Source: a virus. Taken from it: DNA of 64,000 bases. Below, one piece after another: positions 1 to 9,983 of this stretch (position 1 is its first letter; every line of letters starts with the position of its first letter). The stretch is taken from the IMG/VR virus record IMGVR_UViG_3300027503_000002. One strand, written 5' to 3'. The notes below the pieces were generated by a model that had not been told where the DNA came from, made no database searches, and saw nothing but the letters and a program-made list of their open reading frames with translations. Made by a program: the position numbers and the translations under genes.

Positions 1-486
1 AGCTCGCCAGTTGCTGTTTATGGAAATAAAACATTTTGTAAAATATTTGCTATGAATGCTTTATCTATAGCAATAGATAAAGATAATAAATTATGGGGAT
101 GGGGATATGACCAAAGTGTCATTACAAATAGTGAAGCTATTTTGACTCCTAAAAGAATAATAATTGGCAGTTTAAATAATAATTTTTGTGATGTGGCTCT
201 TGGAGGAAGCTATGGTGGATATATGTTTTTAGACACCAATGGAAAAGCGTGGGCGTGGGGATATAACGTATGCGGTCTTTTAGGGTTAAATACAAACGCT
301 CCTGTTTTGTCGCCAAGACAAATTTGTGGAAACAATTCTTTTTATAAAATAGGTGTTATATCAAGTGAATTTGATGGCGCCTGTTATGCAATTGATAAAT
401 CAAATAGATTGTGGGGCTGGGGGCAAATCGGGATATATACAAATAATTCAAATTATAAAACTCCCTCTAGGATCTATAACAAGTAA
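1..486 (+). CDS. RCC1/BLIP-II beta-propeller repeat protein (5'-partial)
   Basis: Repeated aiDxxxxlWgWG motifs (AIDKDNKLWGWG, FLDTNGKAWAWGYNVCGLLG, AIDKSNRLWGWG). The frame is open from base 1, so the gene starts upstream of the window. Confidence 0.8.
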   Translation, partial: SSPVAVYGNKTFCKIFAMNALSIAIDKDNKLWGWGYDQSVITNSEAILTPKRIIIGSLNNNFCDVALGGSYGGYMFLDTNGKAWAWGYNVCGLLGLNTNAPVLSPRQICGNNSFYKIGVISSEFDGACYAIDKSNRLWGWGQIGIYTNNSNYKTPSRIYNK

Positions 487-492
487 CATTTA

Positions 493-500
493 ATGTAAAC
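493..500 (+). promoter_or_regulatory. (G/A)TGTAAA motif, putative phage late promoter
   Basis: ATGTAAAC starts 15 nt before the ATG at 508, the same spacing as other copies. Confidence 0.5.
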
Positions 501-507
501 TATCTAT

Positions 508-3327
508 ATGTCCACAGGAAGCAACAGATTTCAAGACCTTGAGGAAGTTGGCGTATTAGATTCGCAGGATCAATTCATCTTTTTTCAAAATTCAAGCAAA
601 AAAGTAAAGAAAGTCTCGCGCCAAAATCTTGCTGGAAGTACTGGGTTTGGAACATCGATACCCGGAGTAGTGCAGCAAGATAATATTGCTCCAGCCACTC
701 CAACTGGACTCGCCCTGACAACTAGGTCAGAAATAGATTCTGATGGCTCTGAAAAAATATTCATAACAGCGAAAATAAGTCCAAATACTGAAACTGATCT
801 TGATCGATATGGCTGGTATATAAGAAGAGTAACAGGAACTCCACAATTTAGCGGTGGCGTTTTAACTGGGTATACTGCTGGTCAGATTTACGAAGCATCA
901 TTAGAGGAGTCTCAGGCTGCTGGTAGCGTTGGTACAGATGGTAAGGTGACAAAAGAGTGGACTGGACTAAAGCCAAATACTTGGTATCAAATCAGGGTTT
1001 GCGCGATAGATAAGCAGGGAAATGCCTCTTCGTATACAGCAGAAAATTCTGCTGGATTTATTCAAACAGCAAGGGACACAGTTCCCCCAGCAGCCCCGAC
1101 ATCTGTCACTATCACAAGTGCGATAAAATCGATATTTTTAAATTGGACTAACTCTACAGACGACGACTGGGCTTTTGTAAGAATTTATAGGAACACATCC
1201 AATACGCCGCCAACAATTGGAACTACAACGCCACACGCTTCAATAGCTGCTTCTTCGTTTGTTGATGAGAATCTCACTCAAGGAACAACATATTACTACT
1301 GGCTGACATCTGTAGATACCTCTGGCAACGAAACTACGACGACATCAACGGTCGTTTCCAGCACTCCTGGTACTGTTGCCGCAACTGATATTTCTAGTTT
1401 TGCAGTTACAGCTACAAAATTATATACAAATGTAATTGTTCTATCAGGGGACAGCTGGACAGACAATTCGCCATCAGGAGGATCGATTGCTTGGAATTCT
1501 CATACTCTTGTTTATGGCGGTGCATCGTATACAATTTCTGCTGGAAGCACAAGCAATACATACGTTTACTGGACCGGAGGAACAACTTACCAAACAAGCA
1601 ATACCAATCCAGCTTTAGCTGATGGTCAGTTTATGATCGCCACAAATACAAGTGGCGCGCACGATCTTGCTTGGAATGCTCTTGCTAACGCCGTCATTGG
1701 CAGTGCTTACATTCAAAATCTTGCAGTGACTAATGCAAAGATTCTTGAAATGACGGCGGATAAAATTAGAACCGCGACTCTTTCCGCCCAGACAATTACT
1801 CTAGCTGGTAGTGCGATTATAAGAAGCGATGGAGTAACAAGCTCTAGCTCTGGCAATGGTTTTTACCTAGAAGGCGTATCTGGATCTAGCATTTTAGGAA
1901 TTGGCGATCTTAGCGAAACTAATGCATTTTTAAAATGGAACACTGCGACTGCAACTCTAAAAATAAGAGGCGAGCTTAGAGCTTCTAGCGGCTGGTTTGG
2001 AACCTCTTCCACCAACGGAGTAATTATCGACAGTAATGGATTAGAAATAAAAGGAACAGGTTCAGCTGATGCTGTAGGAAGAATAAAAGCTAATATTGAT
2101 TGGAGCGCATCTGGCGCAGGATCTTTTACTCCAACAAGTACGGCTGGTTTTTATTTGGGAAGAGCATCTAACCAATATAGATTTTTTATTGGAAATACTG
2201 GTACAGATGGTCTTGGTGGATCTGCCAACTCTTTATATTGGGATGGTTCAGCTTTAACAATTACTGGCGTAATCAGAGCTACTTCTGGCTTTTTTGGAAC
2301 ATCGACTAGCGTTGTTTCAGTTGGATCTGGAGGTTTAACAATTGGTACTGGTGGCGCAATAAACTCTAGTGGAGTAGCTTACTCTGGCGGAGTTTTTACT
2401 AATAGTGGATTTTATTTAGGAAGCGCCGGTGGTCAATATCAATTTTTTATTGGTAATCCATCTGGTAACAACTTAACTTGGAACGGGGCATCATTAAAAA
2501 TTAATGGCAATTTAACCTCTGGAACCACTCTTGGAAATACAGGAGATTCTGGGTTCGGTTTGATTCTCCAATCTAACTTTGGTATCCGAAGAGACACAAA
2601 TGCTGGAATTATTACAATAACCGCTGGCACCTCAAACGGAGCCAGTAATGGAGCGCAATTAGAATTGCATGGAAATCTTTCTACTGGAAACGAAGGACTC
2701 GTTACACTTCAGGCTGGTACCGGATCAATAAGCGCAATAAGATTTTTTACAAATAGATCTGTAAGTAATGCTAATATCGGAGTAAAAAGATTAGATATAG
2801 ATACCGATGGTACAGTTGCGATAATCAGAGAGGCTTCTTATGATGGTGGCGGTGGAACATTTACTCCTGGCGCTGGAAACTTGGAGGTGGCTTCTAATAT
2901 TGGAGTTGGTAGAGATGCCGCCAATGGCGCTTCAAATACTGGAAAACTGCACGTAGCTACGGAAATAGCAGTATATAATGGAGGTACTCAAAATATAATT
3001 TTAACAGGAAGCTCTGGAGACGTTACCGCTGTACAGTTTACGACTTCTTCATCAAAGCGTTTTAAGACAAAGATTAAAAAATTAAAAAATGGATTAAATA
3101 CTGTACAAAAGCTTAACCCTGTGTCCTTCAAAAGAAAAGGAAAGGGTGGCAAGGATGATATTGGCCTAATCGCAGAAGAGGTAGAAAAGATTTTGCCACA
3201 AGTGACTGGAAAAGACCAAAATGGCGACATTTCTGGATTGGACTACTCAAGACTAACAGCTGTTTTAATTCAGGCAGTAAAAGAGCTTTCTATTGAAGTT
3301 GATAGATTAAAAAATAAAATAAAATGA
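508..3327 (+). CDS. Tail fibre with two fibronectin-III domains and a C-terminal S74 intramolecular chaperone
   Basis: FN3 motifs (PATPTGL...GLKPNTWYQIRVCAIDKQGNAS; PAAPTSV...GTTYYYWLTSVDTSGNE), Gly/Ser/Thr-rich beta repeats, and a C-terminal SSKRFKTKI...IGLIAEEV...LDYSRLTAVLIQAVKEL coiled coil. Confidence 0.85.
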   Translation: MSTGSNRFQDLEEVGVLDSQDQFIFFQNSSKKVKKVSRQNLAGSTGFGTSIPGVVQQDNIAPATPTGLALTTRSEIDSDGSEKIFITAKISPNTETDLDRYGWYIRRVTGTPQFSGGVLTGYTAGQIYEASLEESQAAGSVGTDGKVTKEWTGLKPNTWYQIRVCAIDKQGNASSYTAENSAGFIQTARDTVPPAAPTSVTITSAIKSIFLNWTNSTDDDWAFVRIYRNTSNTPPTIGTTTPHASIAASSFVDENLTQGTTYYYWLTSVDTSGNETTTTSTVVSSTPGTVAATDISSFAVTATKLYTNVIVLSGDSWTDNSPSGGSIAWNSHTLVYGGASYTISAGSTSNTYVYWTGGTTYQTSNTNPALADGQFMIATNTSGAHDLAWNALANAVIGSAYIQNLAVTNAKILEMTADKIRTATLSAQTITLAGSAIIRSDGVTSSSSGNGFYLEGVSGSSILGIGDLSETNAFLKWNTATATLKIRGELRASSGWFGTSSTNGVIIDSNGLEIKGTGSADAVGRIKANIDWSASGAGSFTPTSTAGFYLGRASNQYRFFIGNTGTDGLGGSANSLYWDGSALTITGVIRATSGFFGTSTSVVSVGSGGLTIGTGGAINSSGVAYSGGVFTNSGFYLGSAGGQYQFFIGNPSGNNLTWNGASLKINGNLTSGTTLGNTGDSGFGLILQSNFGIRRDTNAGIITITAGTSNGASNGAQLELHGNLSTGNEGLVTLQAGTGSISAIRFFTNRSVSNANIGVKRLDIDTDGTVAIIREASYDGGGGTFTPGAGNLEVASNIGVGRDAANGASNTGKLHVATEIAVYNGGTQNIILTGSSGDVTAVQFTTSSSKRFKTKIKKLKNGLNTVQKLNPVSFKRKGKGGKDDIGLIAEEVEKILPQVTGKDQNGDISGLDYSRLTAVLIQAVKELSIEVDRLKNKIK

Positions 3328-3328
3328 C

Positions 3329-5545
3329 ATGCCCATTGAAACAAAGTTTAGAGTCTATATCTCTGCTAGTGGGCAATCATACGATTTAAGCGGACTTTTT
3401 CAGGATCTTGGAACGGCTGGAACAGCGGCATCGACGACTAATTTTAAGGTTGGATCATCAGATTTAAATACAATATTCCACGCATCAACAAGTGAAGGCG
3501 ATAGAATATCCTTTAATACAGGATTTAAAGTCAATGGCACAGATTTAAAAAATATTTTTCGCAAAAGGACTACGCTAGAGATAACAACCCAACCAACTAA
3601 CCAAACTGTATTAGAAACTAATACAGCGACATTCACAGTGGCAGCTACAGGTAGTGGAACTCTGCTTTATCAGTGGCAAAAGTATAATACTGGCACCAGT
3701 AATTGGGATAATCTATCAAACTCGTCTGGAGAAATAGCAGGCGCAACATCCACAACGCTGCAAATTTTAAATGCAGACTACCCAACTGATGAAGGCTCTT
3801 ACAGATGTGTAGTCACTGACGACTCTGGTTCGATAGAGAGTAATTCCGCAACCCTGACTGTAAATTATCCGCCGACAATCACCGTTCATCCAACGTCTAC
3901 GGTTTACAACGACGCAGATGCGGTGACTTATTCAGTAACCGCTACAGAAGGCAAGCCAACAGGATTAACTTACAAATGGCAGAGGTCAACAAACGGCGGG
4001 AGTTCTTGGTCAGATCTTAGCGCTGGACAAGAGACTAATATAAGCGGAATAACATCGGCTACGCTGACATTTAACTGTCAATTAGCAAGAGCAGATTACC
4101 AGTACCGTTGCGTAGTTAGCAATAGTGCCGCCAGCGTAAACTCAAATGCCGCGATTCTGTATATTAACCCAAAGATTACTACAGAACTACCTTCTACCAA
4201 GACAGTTACGGTTCTCAGTGGTCAGGAAACTGTATTGGCGGTATTTACAGTTGTTGCTGGAGGTTCAGCAACACTCAGCTATCAATGGTACAAAGACGGC
4301 TCTCCAATCGGGGCAAATAATCCATCTTTTGCAGATACTGTTGATGAAGACAGTAATGGTTCGCAGTATTACTGTGTAGTATCGTCTTCTGCTTCTGGCA
4401 CAACTCCAGACACATCTGTTACTTGCACTCTAACCGTAAACCTGACCGCCATCTCAATCTCCAGCTTCTTGGGCAATGGCGTTGCTAATCCAACGGTAAA
4501 CGAGGGCGCTTCTCTATCTTATGTCGTAACAGCGGCTGGTGCAGGAACTCTTAATTATGATTTCTATAGAAGAGACTACACTTCTAGACCTAGCTCCTAC
4601 ACTGATGTCTTGGTTCAAAGCTCAAGCTCAAACACATATACCCATAATGTAGCTTTATCAGAACACGATAGCGATTTCTTTTGCGCTGTTTCTAGTACAA
4701 AGACCTCGTTGGGAACTGTAAATAGTTCACTTTCAACACTTACTGTCAATTATGTTAGTATTAGTGAGGTTGTCGTCGATGAAGATGGTGCCCAAACTGC
4801 ACTGACGTACAACGAACAGTCTTTTGATGTCGATGTTGGTGACGTAGTAAAATTAATAATTACTGCTTCTGGAAGACCTGGGGTTAATTATCTCTGGAAG
4901 AAATGGAACGGATCTACCTATGTCACGTTCAGTGGGGCTCATATAAGTGGTCAATCAACAGCGCAGCTTCAATTTAATACAATTCTTGAAAGCGATGAGA
5001 CTTACTATGCGTGCTATGTAGATAATGGTGCTGGAATTACGGCAAATACAGAAGGAACTAGAGAAGTTTATTTAAATGTTATAGCCGTAACTACAACCAC
5101 AACTACAACCACAACTACTACGACAACCACTACAACTACTACAACTACCACTACCGAGGAGCCAACTACTACAACCACCACAACTACTACAACTACCACA
5201 ACAGCTGCTCCAAGCCCGAGCCCAAGTCCAAGCCCAAGTCCAAGCCCAAGTCCAAGCCCGAGCCCAAGCCCGAGCGCAAGTCCAAGTCCAAGCCCAAGCT
5301 TGAGCGCAAGCCCAAGCGCAAGTCCGAGCTATAGCTATAGCAATAGCCCGAGCGCAAGTCCAAGCGCAAGCAATAGTCCGAGTAGCAGCCCAAGTGACAG
5401 TCCAAGCTCTAGTTCTAGTAGTAGCTCAAGCTCAAGCTCAAGTTCTAGCTCAAGTTCTAGCTCTAGCTCTAGCGAAAGTAGTAGTCCTAGCAGCAGTAGC
5501 AGTACCAGCGAAAGCGGAAGTGGTAGTCCAAGCGCTAGCGGTTAA
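3329..5545 (+). CDS. Multi-Ig-like (I-set) domain protein with mucin-like Thr/Ser/Pro C-terminal tail; putative virion surface protein or fibre adhesin
   Basis: About 5 Ig-like units (YQW...D.G.YRCVV...S..ATLTV pattern). The last ~150 aa are poly-T, (SP)n and poly-S. Confidence 0.8.
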   Translation: MPIETKFRVYISASGQSYDLSGLFQDLGTAGTAASTTNFKVGSSDLNTIFHASTSEGDRISFNTGFKVNGTDLKNIFRKRTTLEITTQPTNQTVLETNTATFTVAATGSGTLLYQWQKYNTGTSNWDNLSNSSGEIAGATSTTLQILNADYPTDEGSYRCVVTDDSGSIESNSATLTVNYPPTITVHPTSTVYNDADAVTYSVTATEGKPTGLTYKWQRSTNGGSSWSDLSAGQETNISGITSATLTFNCQLARADYQYRCVVSNSAASVNSNAAILYINPKITTELPSTKTVTVLSGQETVLAVFTVVAGGSATLSYQWYKDGSPIGANNPSFADTVDEDSNGSQYYCVVSSSASGTTPDTSVTCTLTVNLTAISISSFLGNGVANPTVNEGASLSYVVTAAGAGTLNYDFYRRDYTSRPSSYTDVLVQSSSSNTYTHNVALSEHDSDFFCAVSSTKTSLGTVNSSLSTLTVNYVSISEVVVDEDGAQTALTYNEQSFDVDVGDVVKLIITASGRPGVNYLWKKWNGSTYVTFSGAHISGQSTAQLQFNTILESDETYYACYVDNGAGITANTEGTREVYLNVIAVTTTTTTTTTTTTTTTTTTTTTTEEPTTTTTTTTTTTTTAAPSPSPSPSPSPSPSPSPSPSPSASPSPSPSLSASPSASPSYSYSNSPSASPSASNSPSSSPSDSPSSSSSSSSSSSSSSSSSSSSSSSESSSPSSSSSTSESGSGSPSASG
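5090..5542 (+). repeat. Low-complexity coding repeats: poly-Thr (ACN)n, Ser-Pro (CCAAGC/CCAAGT)n, poly-Ser
   Basis: Directly visible tri- and hexanucleotide repeats with variable third positions. Confidence 0.95.
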
Positions 5546-5548
5546 TTT

Positions 5549-6610
5549 ATGAAAATAAAAGCACTATTCTGGAATGCAAGAGAGCTTTACGAATTAAAAA
5601 CTAGACAGGTAGTTCTCGATGCTAGAAAACAGCCAGACATCAAGGCTCATATGGTATCTACTTTAGACTCCTTTTGGGAGCATATGAATTTGGAGCTTTT
5701 ATTTGAAAAGATATTAAAAAAAGAAATAGATATAAACGTAGTAATTCAAAGAGACGAGCACGGATTTTTATGGGGAAGTCAAAAGGATTGGAAAGAGTTC
5801 GTGTATAAGTGCAATAGCATAGGAATAAAGACGCTAATGTATGATTTCGGATATTTTGACCATTATGAAAGCTATATGGTAGATACATATGGATCAGTCA
5901 ACACCGGATCTATTTTCTTTGATTGGCCAAATATTTCTGGAAATATGGACTGGGGATTAGCTCCAGAATATATACAGGAGTACAGGGATGATTTTCTAAA
6001 AAAGCTAGAAAACGAAAAGAACTCTAAGCCAGTTAACGACTTAAAATCTGGAGAGTATGTTGTTATATGGCCACAATACTCTATGGATTTGATAAGACCA
6101 GAGCTTAGGGAGGGGCTTGACAGAAAAACGGAAGTAACTGACTGGGTTAATAAAATGTGCGATGCAGTTATTAAAGCTGGACTAACGCCTGTAGTCAAAG
6201 GTGGCCCAGCTATGGATTCGTGGTCTAGATTTTCAGTGAATCAGGTAAAAACTGCACCAGTTTTTGCACACAAGCAATCTCAGCTTAAAAAAAATCCAAA
6301 TGCAAAATTTGAAAAAGAGATCAATATAAAATTGATCGCTCATGCAAAATATCACATCATAAATTGCAGCAGTGTAAGCAATGAACTTGTTCTAGCAAAT
6401 GCTCCAGTTATAGCTACTGGCAGAAGCTGGTTTTCTGGACTAGAGGTATTTATAGAGCCAAAGTCTTGGGATTCGATTCTTGATGACGCCGTTACAGTAA
6501 ATGAACAAAACAGAAACAAATGGTGCAACTGGTGGTTTACAAGACAAGTGAAGAAAGATGATGTTTGGGATAAAATTAAAGAAATTTATATGAGGTATCC
6601 AATTTATTAG
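5549..6610 (+). CDS. KpsS/KpsC-like (capsule synthesis family) GT-B glycosyltransferase
   Basis: YDFGYF, VVIWPQYSMD and LIAHAKYHIINCSSVSNELVLANAPVIATGRSWF resemble the D/E-xGF...Q..D...INS.V..EAL..G.PV..LG.S.Y pattern of that family. Confidence 0.55.
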   Translation: MKIKALFWNARELYELKTRQVVLDARKQPDIKAHMVSTLDSFWEHMNLELLFEKILKKEIDINVVIQRDEHGFLWGSQKDWKEFVYKCNSIGIKTLMYDFGYFDHYESYMVDTYGSVNTGSIFFDWPNISGNMDWGLAPEYIQEYRDDFLKKLENEKNSKPVNDLKSGEYVVIWPQYSMDLIRPELREGLDRKTEVTDWVNKMCDAVIKAGLTPVVKGGPAMDSWSRFSVNQVKTAPVFAHKQSQLKKNPNAKFEKEINIKLIAHAKYHIINCSSVSNELVLANAPVIATGRSWFSGLEVFIEPKSWDSILDDAVTVNEQNRNKWCNWWFTRQVKKDDVWDKIKEIYMRYPIY

Positions 6611-6611
6611 T

Positions 6612-7547
6612 ATGAATTTAGTCATCTTTGTTGGTCATGGATCTGGAAAGATTTCAAAAAAATTTCTTGATATAATTTCTTCTACAAAATCGCAGAACTT
6701 TGAGGCCAAGAAGGTAAAGACTGTCGAAGAATTTAAAGTATTGATAAAAAAATATGCCTGCGTATTTTCAAAGATTTTTATTTTTCCTATATACTGTGAG
6801 GACGCCGACTTAAAAAGAACTTTTAAAATTGATCTGGCTGTGGATGTAGAGCACGCCTGCAAGGAATATAGCAATTGTTTTGTGTGTCATGGGTCAAGTC
6901 TTGGGTCAATTCTGGGGGATAAAATGAAAACAAATTTATTTTTAACTCAAAATGGTATTGCGTGCCCTAGGCTCATAGATAATTTTGATTATAATGGTAA
7001 AGTATTTTCAAATGCAAGATGTGGATCTCATGCAAAAACATTTTTATTAGATGGGGGCAAGAACATAAAAAGCGCAGACTATAACACAGAATTTATAGAT
7101 ACAAGTTTTGATTATAAAGGAGATGTTTATTACGCTTGTCCAAGAGCAATGTGCATTGAGGGCGAAATAACTGATATATTTTTAAGATTTAGAAACGCTA
7201 AAGATCTTAATCCGAATGTCCACGCTGGCGACACTCCGAAAGATTACGAATTACAAAACTTTTACTACGAAACAAAAATACTTCCAAATCTAAATAAATT
7301 AAAAGATTTTTGTTTTAATGTAGGCAAGCTTTTTAGTTTAGGTTTTTATGGTCATGACCTTTTGCTCTGCAATAAGACTAATCAATTTTATATGGCAGAA
7401 AGCTCTTTTAAATTTGATAACATTATTATGTGGAAAAATAAGATAAAAGATATGCAGCCATTTATAAAACACGAAAAGCCAGTAGAAGAGGGAATGCTTG
7501 AGGCGATTGGTATTTTTTATTCAATATTAGAAGAAAAATATAAATAA
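6612..7547 (+). CDS. ATP-grasp fold protein
   Basis: LGDKMKTNLFLTQNGIACP, GSHAK loop, TEFIDT, and LGFYGHDLL...FYMAE. Confidence 0.6.
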   Translation: MNLVIFVGHGSGKISKKFLDIISSTKSQNFEAKKVKTVEEFKVLIKKYACVFSKIFIFPIYCEDADLKRTFKIDLAVDVEHACKEYSNCFVCHGSSLGSILGDKMKTNLFLTQNGIACPRLIDNFDYNGKVFSNARCGSHAKTFLLDGGKNIKSADYNTEFIDTSFDYKGDVYYACPRAMCIEGEITDIFLRFRNAKDLNPNVHAGDTPKDYELQNFYYETKILPNLNKLKDFCFNVGKLFSLGFYGHDLLLCNKTNQFYMAESSFKFDNIIMWKNKIKDMQPFIKHEKPVEEGMLEAIGIFYSILEEKYK

Positions 7548-7549
7548 TT

Positions 7550-8332
7550 ATGACTGACCAAGAAATTAATCAAAAAGTTTTAGAAAGCAGAGTTTTTAGA
7601 ATGCTTGGACAAGATGAAGAAAATTTTGCGCCATATAAAATTTATTTTGACTATATAAAAGAAATGGAATCGATTAATGGATACCCGCTTTTATCAATGG
7701 TTAAAAAAAATAAAAGCAGGATGAACGTTTGGCTTCATGCGTTAGAGCTTTTGCCAAAAGAATCAATAATTCTGGAATTTGGTGTTTTTAGAGGCATGTC
7801 TATTAATTTCATGTCAAAATTCAGGCAGGACTGTTTATTTTATGGGTTTGATAAATTTAAAGGGCTTCCAGAAAACTGGATACTGCCAAATGGCAAGTTG
7901 AAAGGAAGGGCTGGAATATTTAATACTTACAGCACAAGAGATAAAATTTTTTTTAATGATAACGTTATTATCAAAGATGGATGGTTTGATGAGACGGTGG
8001 AGCCTTTTAAAAAAAATTTAACTGAAGTTGAATCTTCTAAAATAAGCCTTATTCATATCGATTGCGACATATATAGCAGTACCGCATTTGTATTAGAAAA
8101 TATTGCAGGCATAATAAAGAAAAATAAGCCATATTTGATGTTTGACGAATTCGTTCACGCAAGAAGAATCCCGATCAAACAAAGAGTGAATAAAAATATA
8201 AAATCAATAATTTACTCTGGTTGTGAATCAGTTGCATTTAGAGAGTTTGTTGACAAGCATAATGTAGATTTTAAAATTATAGGTCAAACACAAGGCAGAA
8301 GGAATAAGGTGGTTTTAATAAAAATTCTATGA
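7550..8332 (+). CDS. TylF/MycF-like class I SAM O-methyltransferase
   Basis: ILEFGVFRGMS, YGFDKFKGLP, DGWFDETV, IHIDCDIYSST, MFDEF. Confidence 0.8.
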   Translation: MTDQEINQKVLESRVFRMLGQDEENFAPYKIYFDYIKEMESINGYPLLSMVKKNKSRMNVWLHALELLPKESIILEFGVFRGMSINFMSKFRQDCLFYGFDKFKGLPENWILPNGKLKGRAGIFNTYSTRDKIFFNDNVIIKDGWFDETVEPFKKNLTEVESSKISLIHIDCDIYSSTAFVLENIAGIIKKNKPYLMFDEFVHARRIPIKQRVNKNIKSIIYSGCESVAFREFVDKHNVDFKIIGQTQGRRNKVVLIKIL

Positions 8333-9108
8333 GTGACACTATTCGCATATTTGTGGGAAGTGAAATCGGTAATGAAAAAGCAGAAAAAGCTTTACATTAC
8401 AGCATAATAAAAAACTGCAAAGGAAGCGTAGATATATATTGGATGTCAGATAAATACAAGGATTCGATATGGGATAACTGGAACAAAGGAAGAGATGATA
8501 GAACTCAAAACTCTGGAGTAGGCTGGAAAACTAATTTTTCAGTTTTTAGATGGGCAATTCCAGAGCTTTGCGACTATAGCGGCAAGGCGATTTATTTGGA
8601 CGTTGATCAAATTGTCTTAAAGGATATAGAGCAGATGTGGAATCTTGATGTTAGAGATAATGCCGCACTGGCAATAAAAGAAGAAAGAACAGATGTCATG
8701 CTGATAAACTGTTCAAAATTCAAAGCTGATTTTTGGCCAAAAATACAAAAAATGAAGCCATCTGGCAAAAATCAAAAGCATTACAGACTCTTAATACAAA
8801 AAAATTCATCAATAGGTACGCTAGATAAAATATATAACTGTTTAGATGGCAAGGATTTTGATCAAGAAACTACAAGACTAGTACACTATACAAAGATGAA
8901 CACTCAGCCTTGGAGACCGTTTCCAGAAGTAATGCAGTATAAAGAGCACGGCAATAAGCAAGTTGAGAACCTGTGGCATGATTATTACAAAGAGGCTTTA
9001 GAATTTGAGGTAAAAAATAATTATATTCTTGGTTCTCCAGATGGATTTTTTGATTTAAAGTCTAGTTTTGATAGAGTAAGTAATTCTGCTGCCAAATACA
9101 TAAGATGA
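8329..9108 (+). CDS. GT8-like glycosyltransferase
   Basis: TNFSVFRWAIP, AIYLDVDQIV (DxD), VMLINC, YNCLD, LVHYT...QPW. Confidence 0.8.
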   Translation: MSDTIRIFVGSEIGNEKAEKALHYSIIKNCKGSVDIYWMSDKYKDSIWDNWNKGRDDRTQNSGVGWKTNFSVFRWAIPELCDYSGKAIYLDVDQIVLKDIEQMWNLDVRDNAALAIKEERTDVMLINCSKFKADFWPKIQKMKPSGKNQKHYRLLIQKNSSIGTLDKIYNCLDGKDFDQETTRLVHYTKMNTQPWRPFPEVMQYKEHGNKQVENLWHDYYKEALEFEVKNNYILGSPDGFFDLKSSFDRVSNSAAKYIR

Positions 9109-9983
9109 TAAAATCGGCATATTATGGGATAGATGAAAAATACATAGATGTTAAAGATAGAATCCTATCAGATATACAGCATAAAAAATGTATTAAAGTG
9201 TCTAATGCATACTTCGGAAAAGATCCTGCGGTTAATGTTTTAAAGAGATTACGCATAGAAACTGAAGGTGGTGAAGTCTTTGTTTTTAACGAAAACAGTA
9301 TATGTCATTTAAATTTTTTAGATAAAAGTATTCTAAAAAAGACAAGATTGGGAATTTTTTACACAAACAATAAAATAAAAGAAGAAATACTAGATTCAAG
9401 TCTAGCTTCTATACAAAAATCAGTAGAGACATCGAATAATGCAGAAGTTATAGTTTGTCCGCAAGTAGCTAATTGTCAAAAATATTTTTTTGAAATAGAT
9501 TCAATATTTAAAAATAATCATCATCCAAATATAGTTTCTCAGATTTTGCAGTGCCTATCTGTTTTGAATAATTATAATAATTTTAAATACATAAGTTTTT
9601 TGGAGCATGATGTTTTGTATCCAGAGGAATATTTTGCATTTGAGGATTTTGACGAGAGTTATGTGTGCAATCAAAACTATATAGGAATATCAAAAATGGG
9701 TTTTCAGAAAAGCAATAGTGCCGCTTTGCCGCTTCATCAAATGACAATGAAAGCTGATTTTGCAAAAACTTACTTTGAAAAGCTATTGATAAAATATCTT
9801 TATGGACAGTTTGAAACGCTTGAGCCAGCTGGTAATATAAAGAAGATTTTTAATAAAAACCCATCTATGCATGTGAATCATGGAAAAAATTTTACATCAC
9901 ATTTCCAGACTTACAGAAAAGAGTACGCTGACAAAAATGAATATTGGGGAGAGTCCTCTAAGTATCAAAACTTTTTCTTATGA
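9105..9983 (+). CDS. Putative GT-A glycosyltransferase with N-terminal SUEL/DUF3395-like lectin module
   Basis: N-terminal IKSAYYG...IDVK...VSNAYFGKDPAVNVLKRLRI; downstream ISFLEHDVLYP and HVNHGKNFT. Confidence 0.55.
   Translation: MIKSAYYGIDEKYIDVKDRILSDIQHKKCIKVSNAYFGKDPAVNVLKRLRIETEGGEVFVFNENSICHLNFLDKSILKKTRLGIFYTNNKIKEEILDSSLASIQKSVETSNNAEVIVCPQVANCQKYFFEIDSIFKNNHHPNIVSQILQCLSVLNNYNNFKYISFLEHDVLYPEEYFAFEDFDESYVCNQNYIGISKMGFQKSNSAALPLHQMTMKADFAKTYFEKLLIKYLYGQFETLEPAGNIKKIFNKNPSMHVNHGKNFTSHFQTYRKEYADKNEYWGESSKYQNFFL

Noticed and set aside
5090-5542. CRISPR array or non-coding tandem repeat
   Set aside because: Units are 3-12 nt, in frame, and vary at synonymous positions; there is no repeat-spacer structure.
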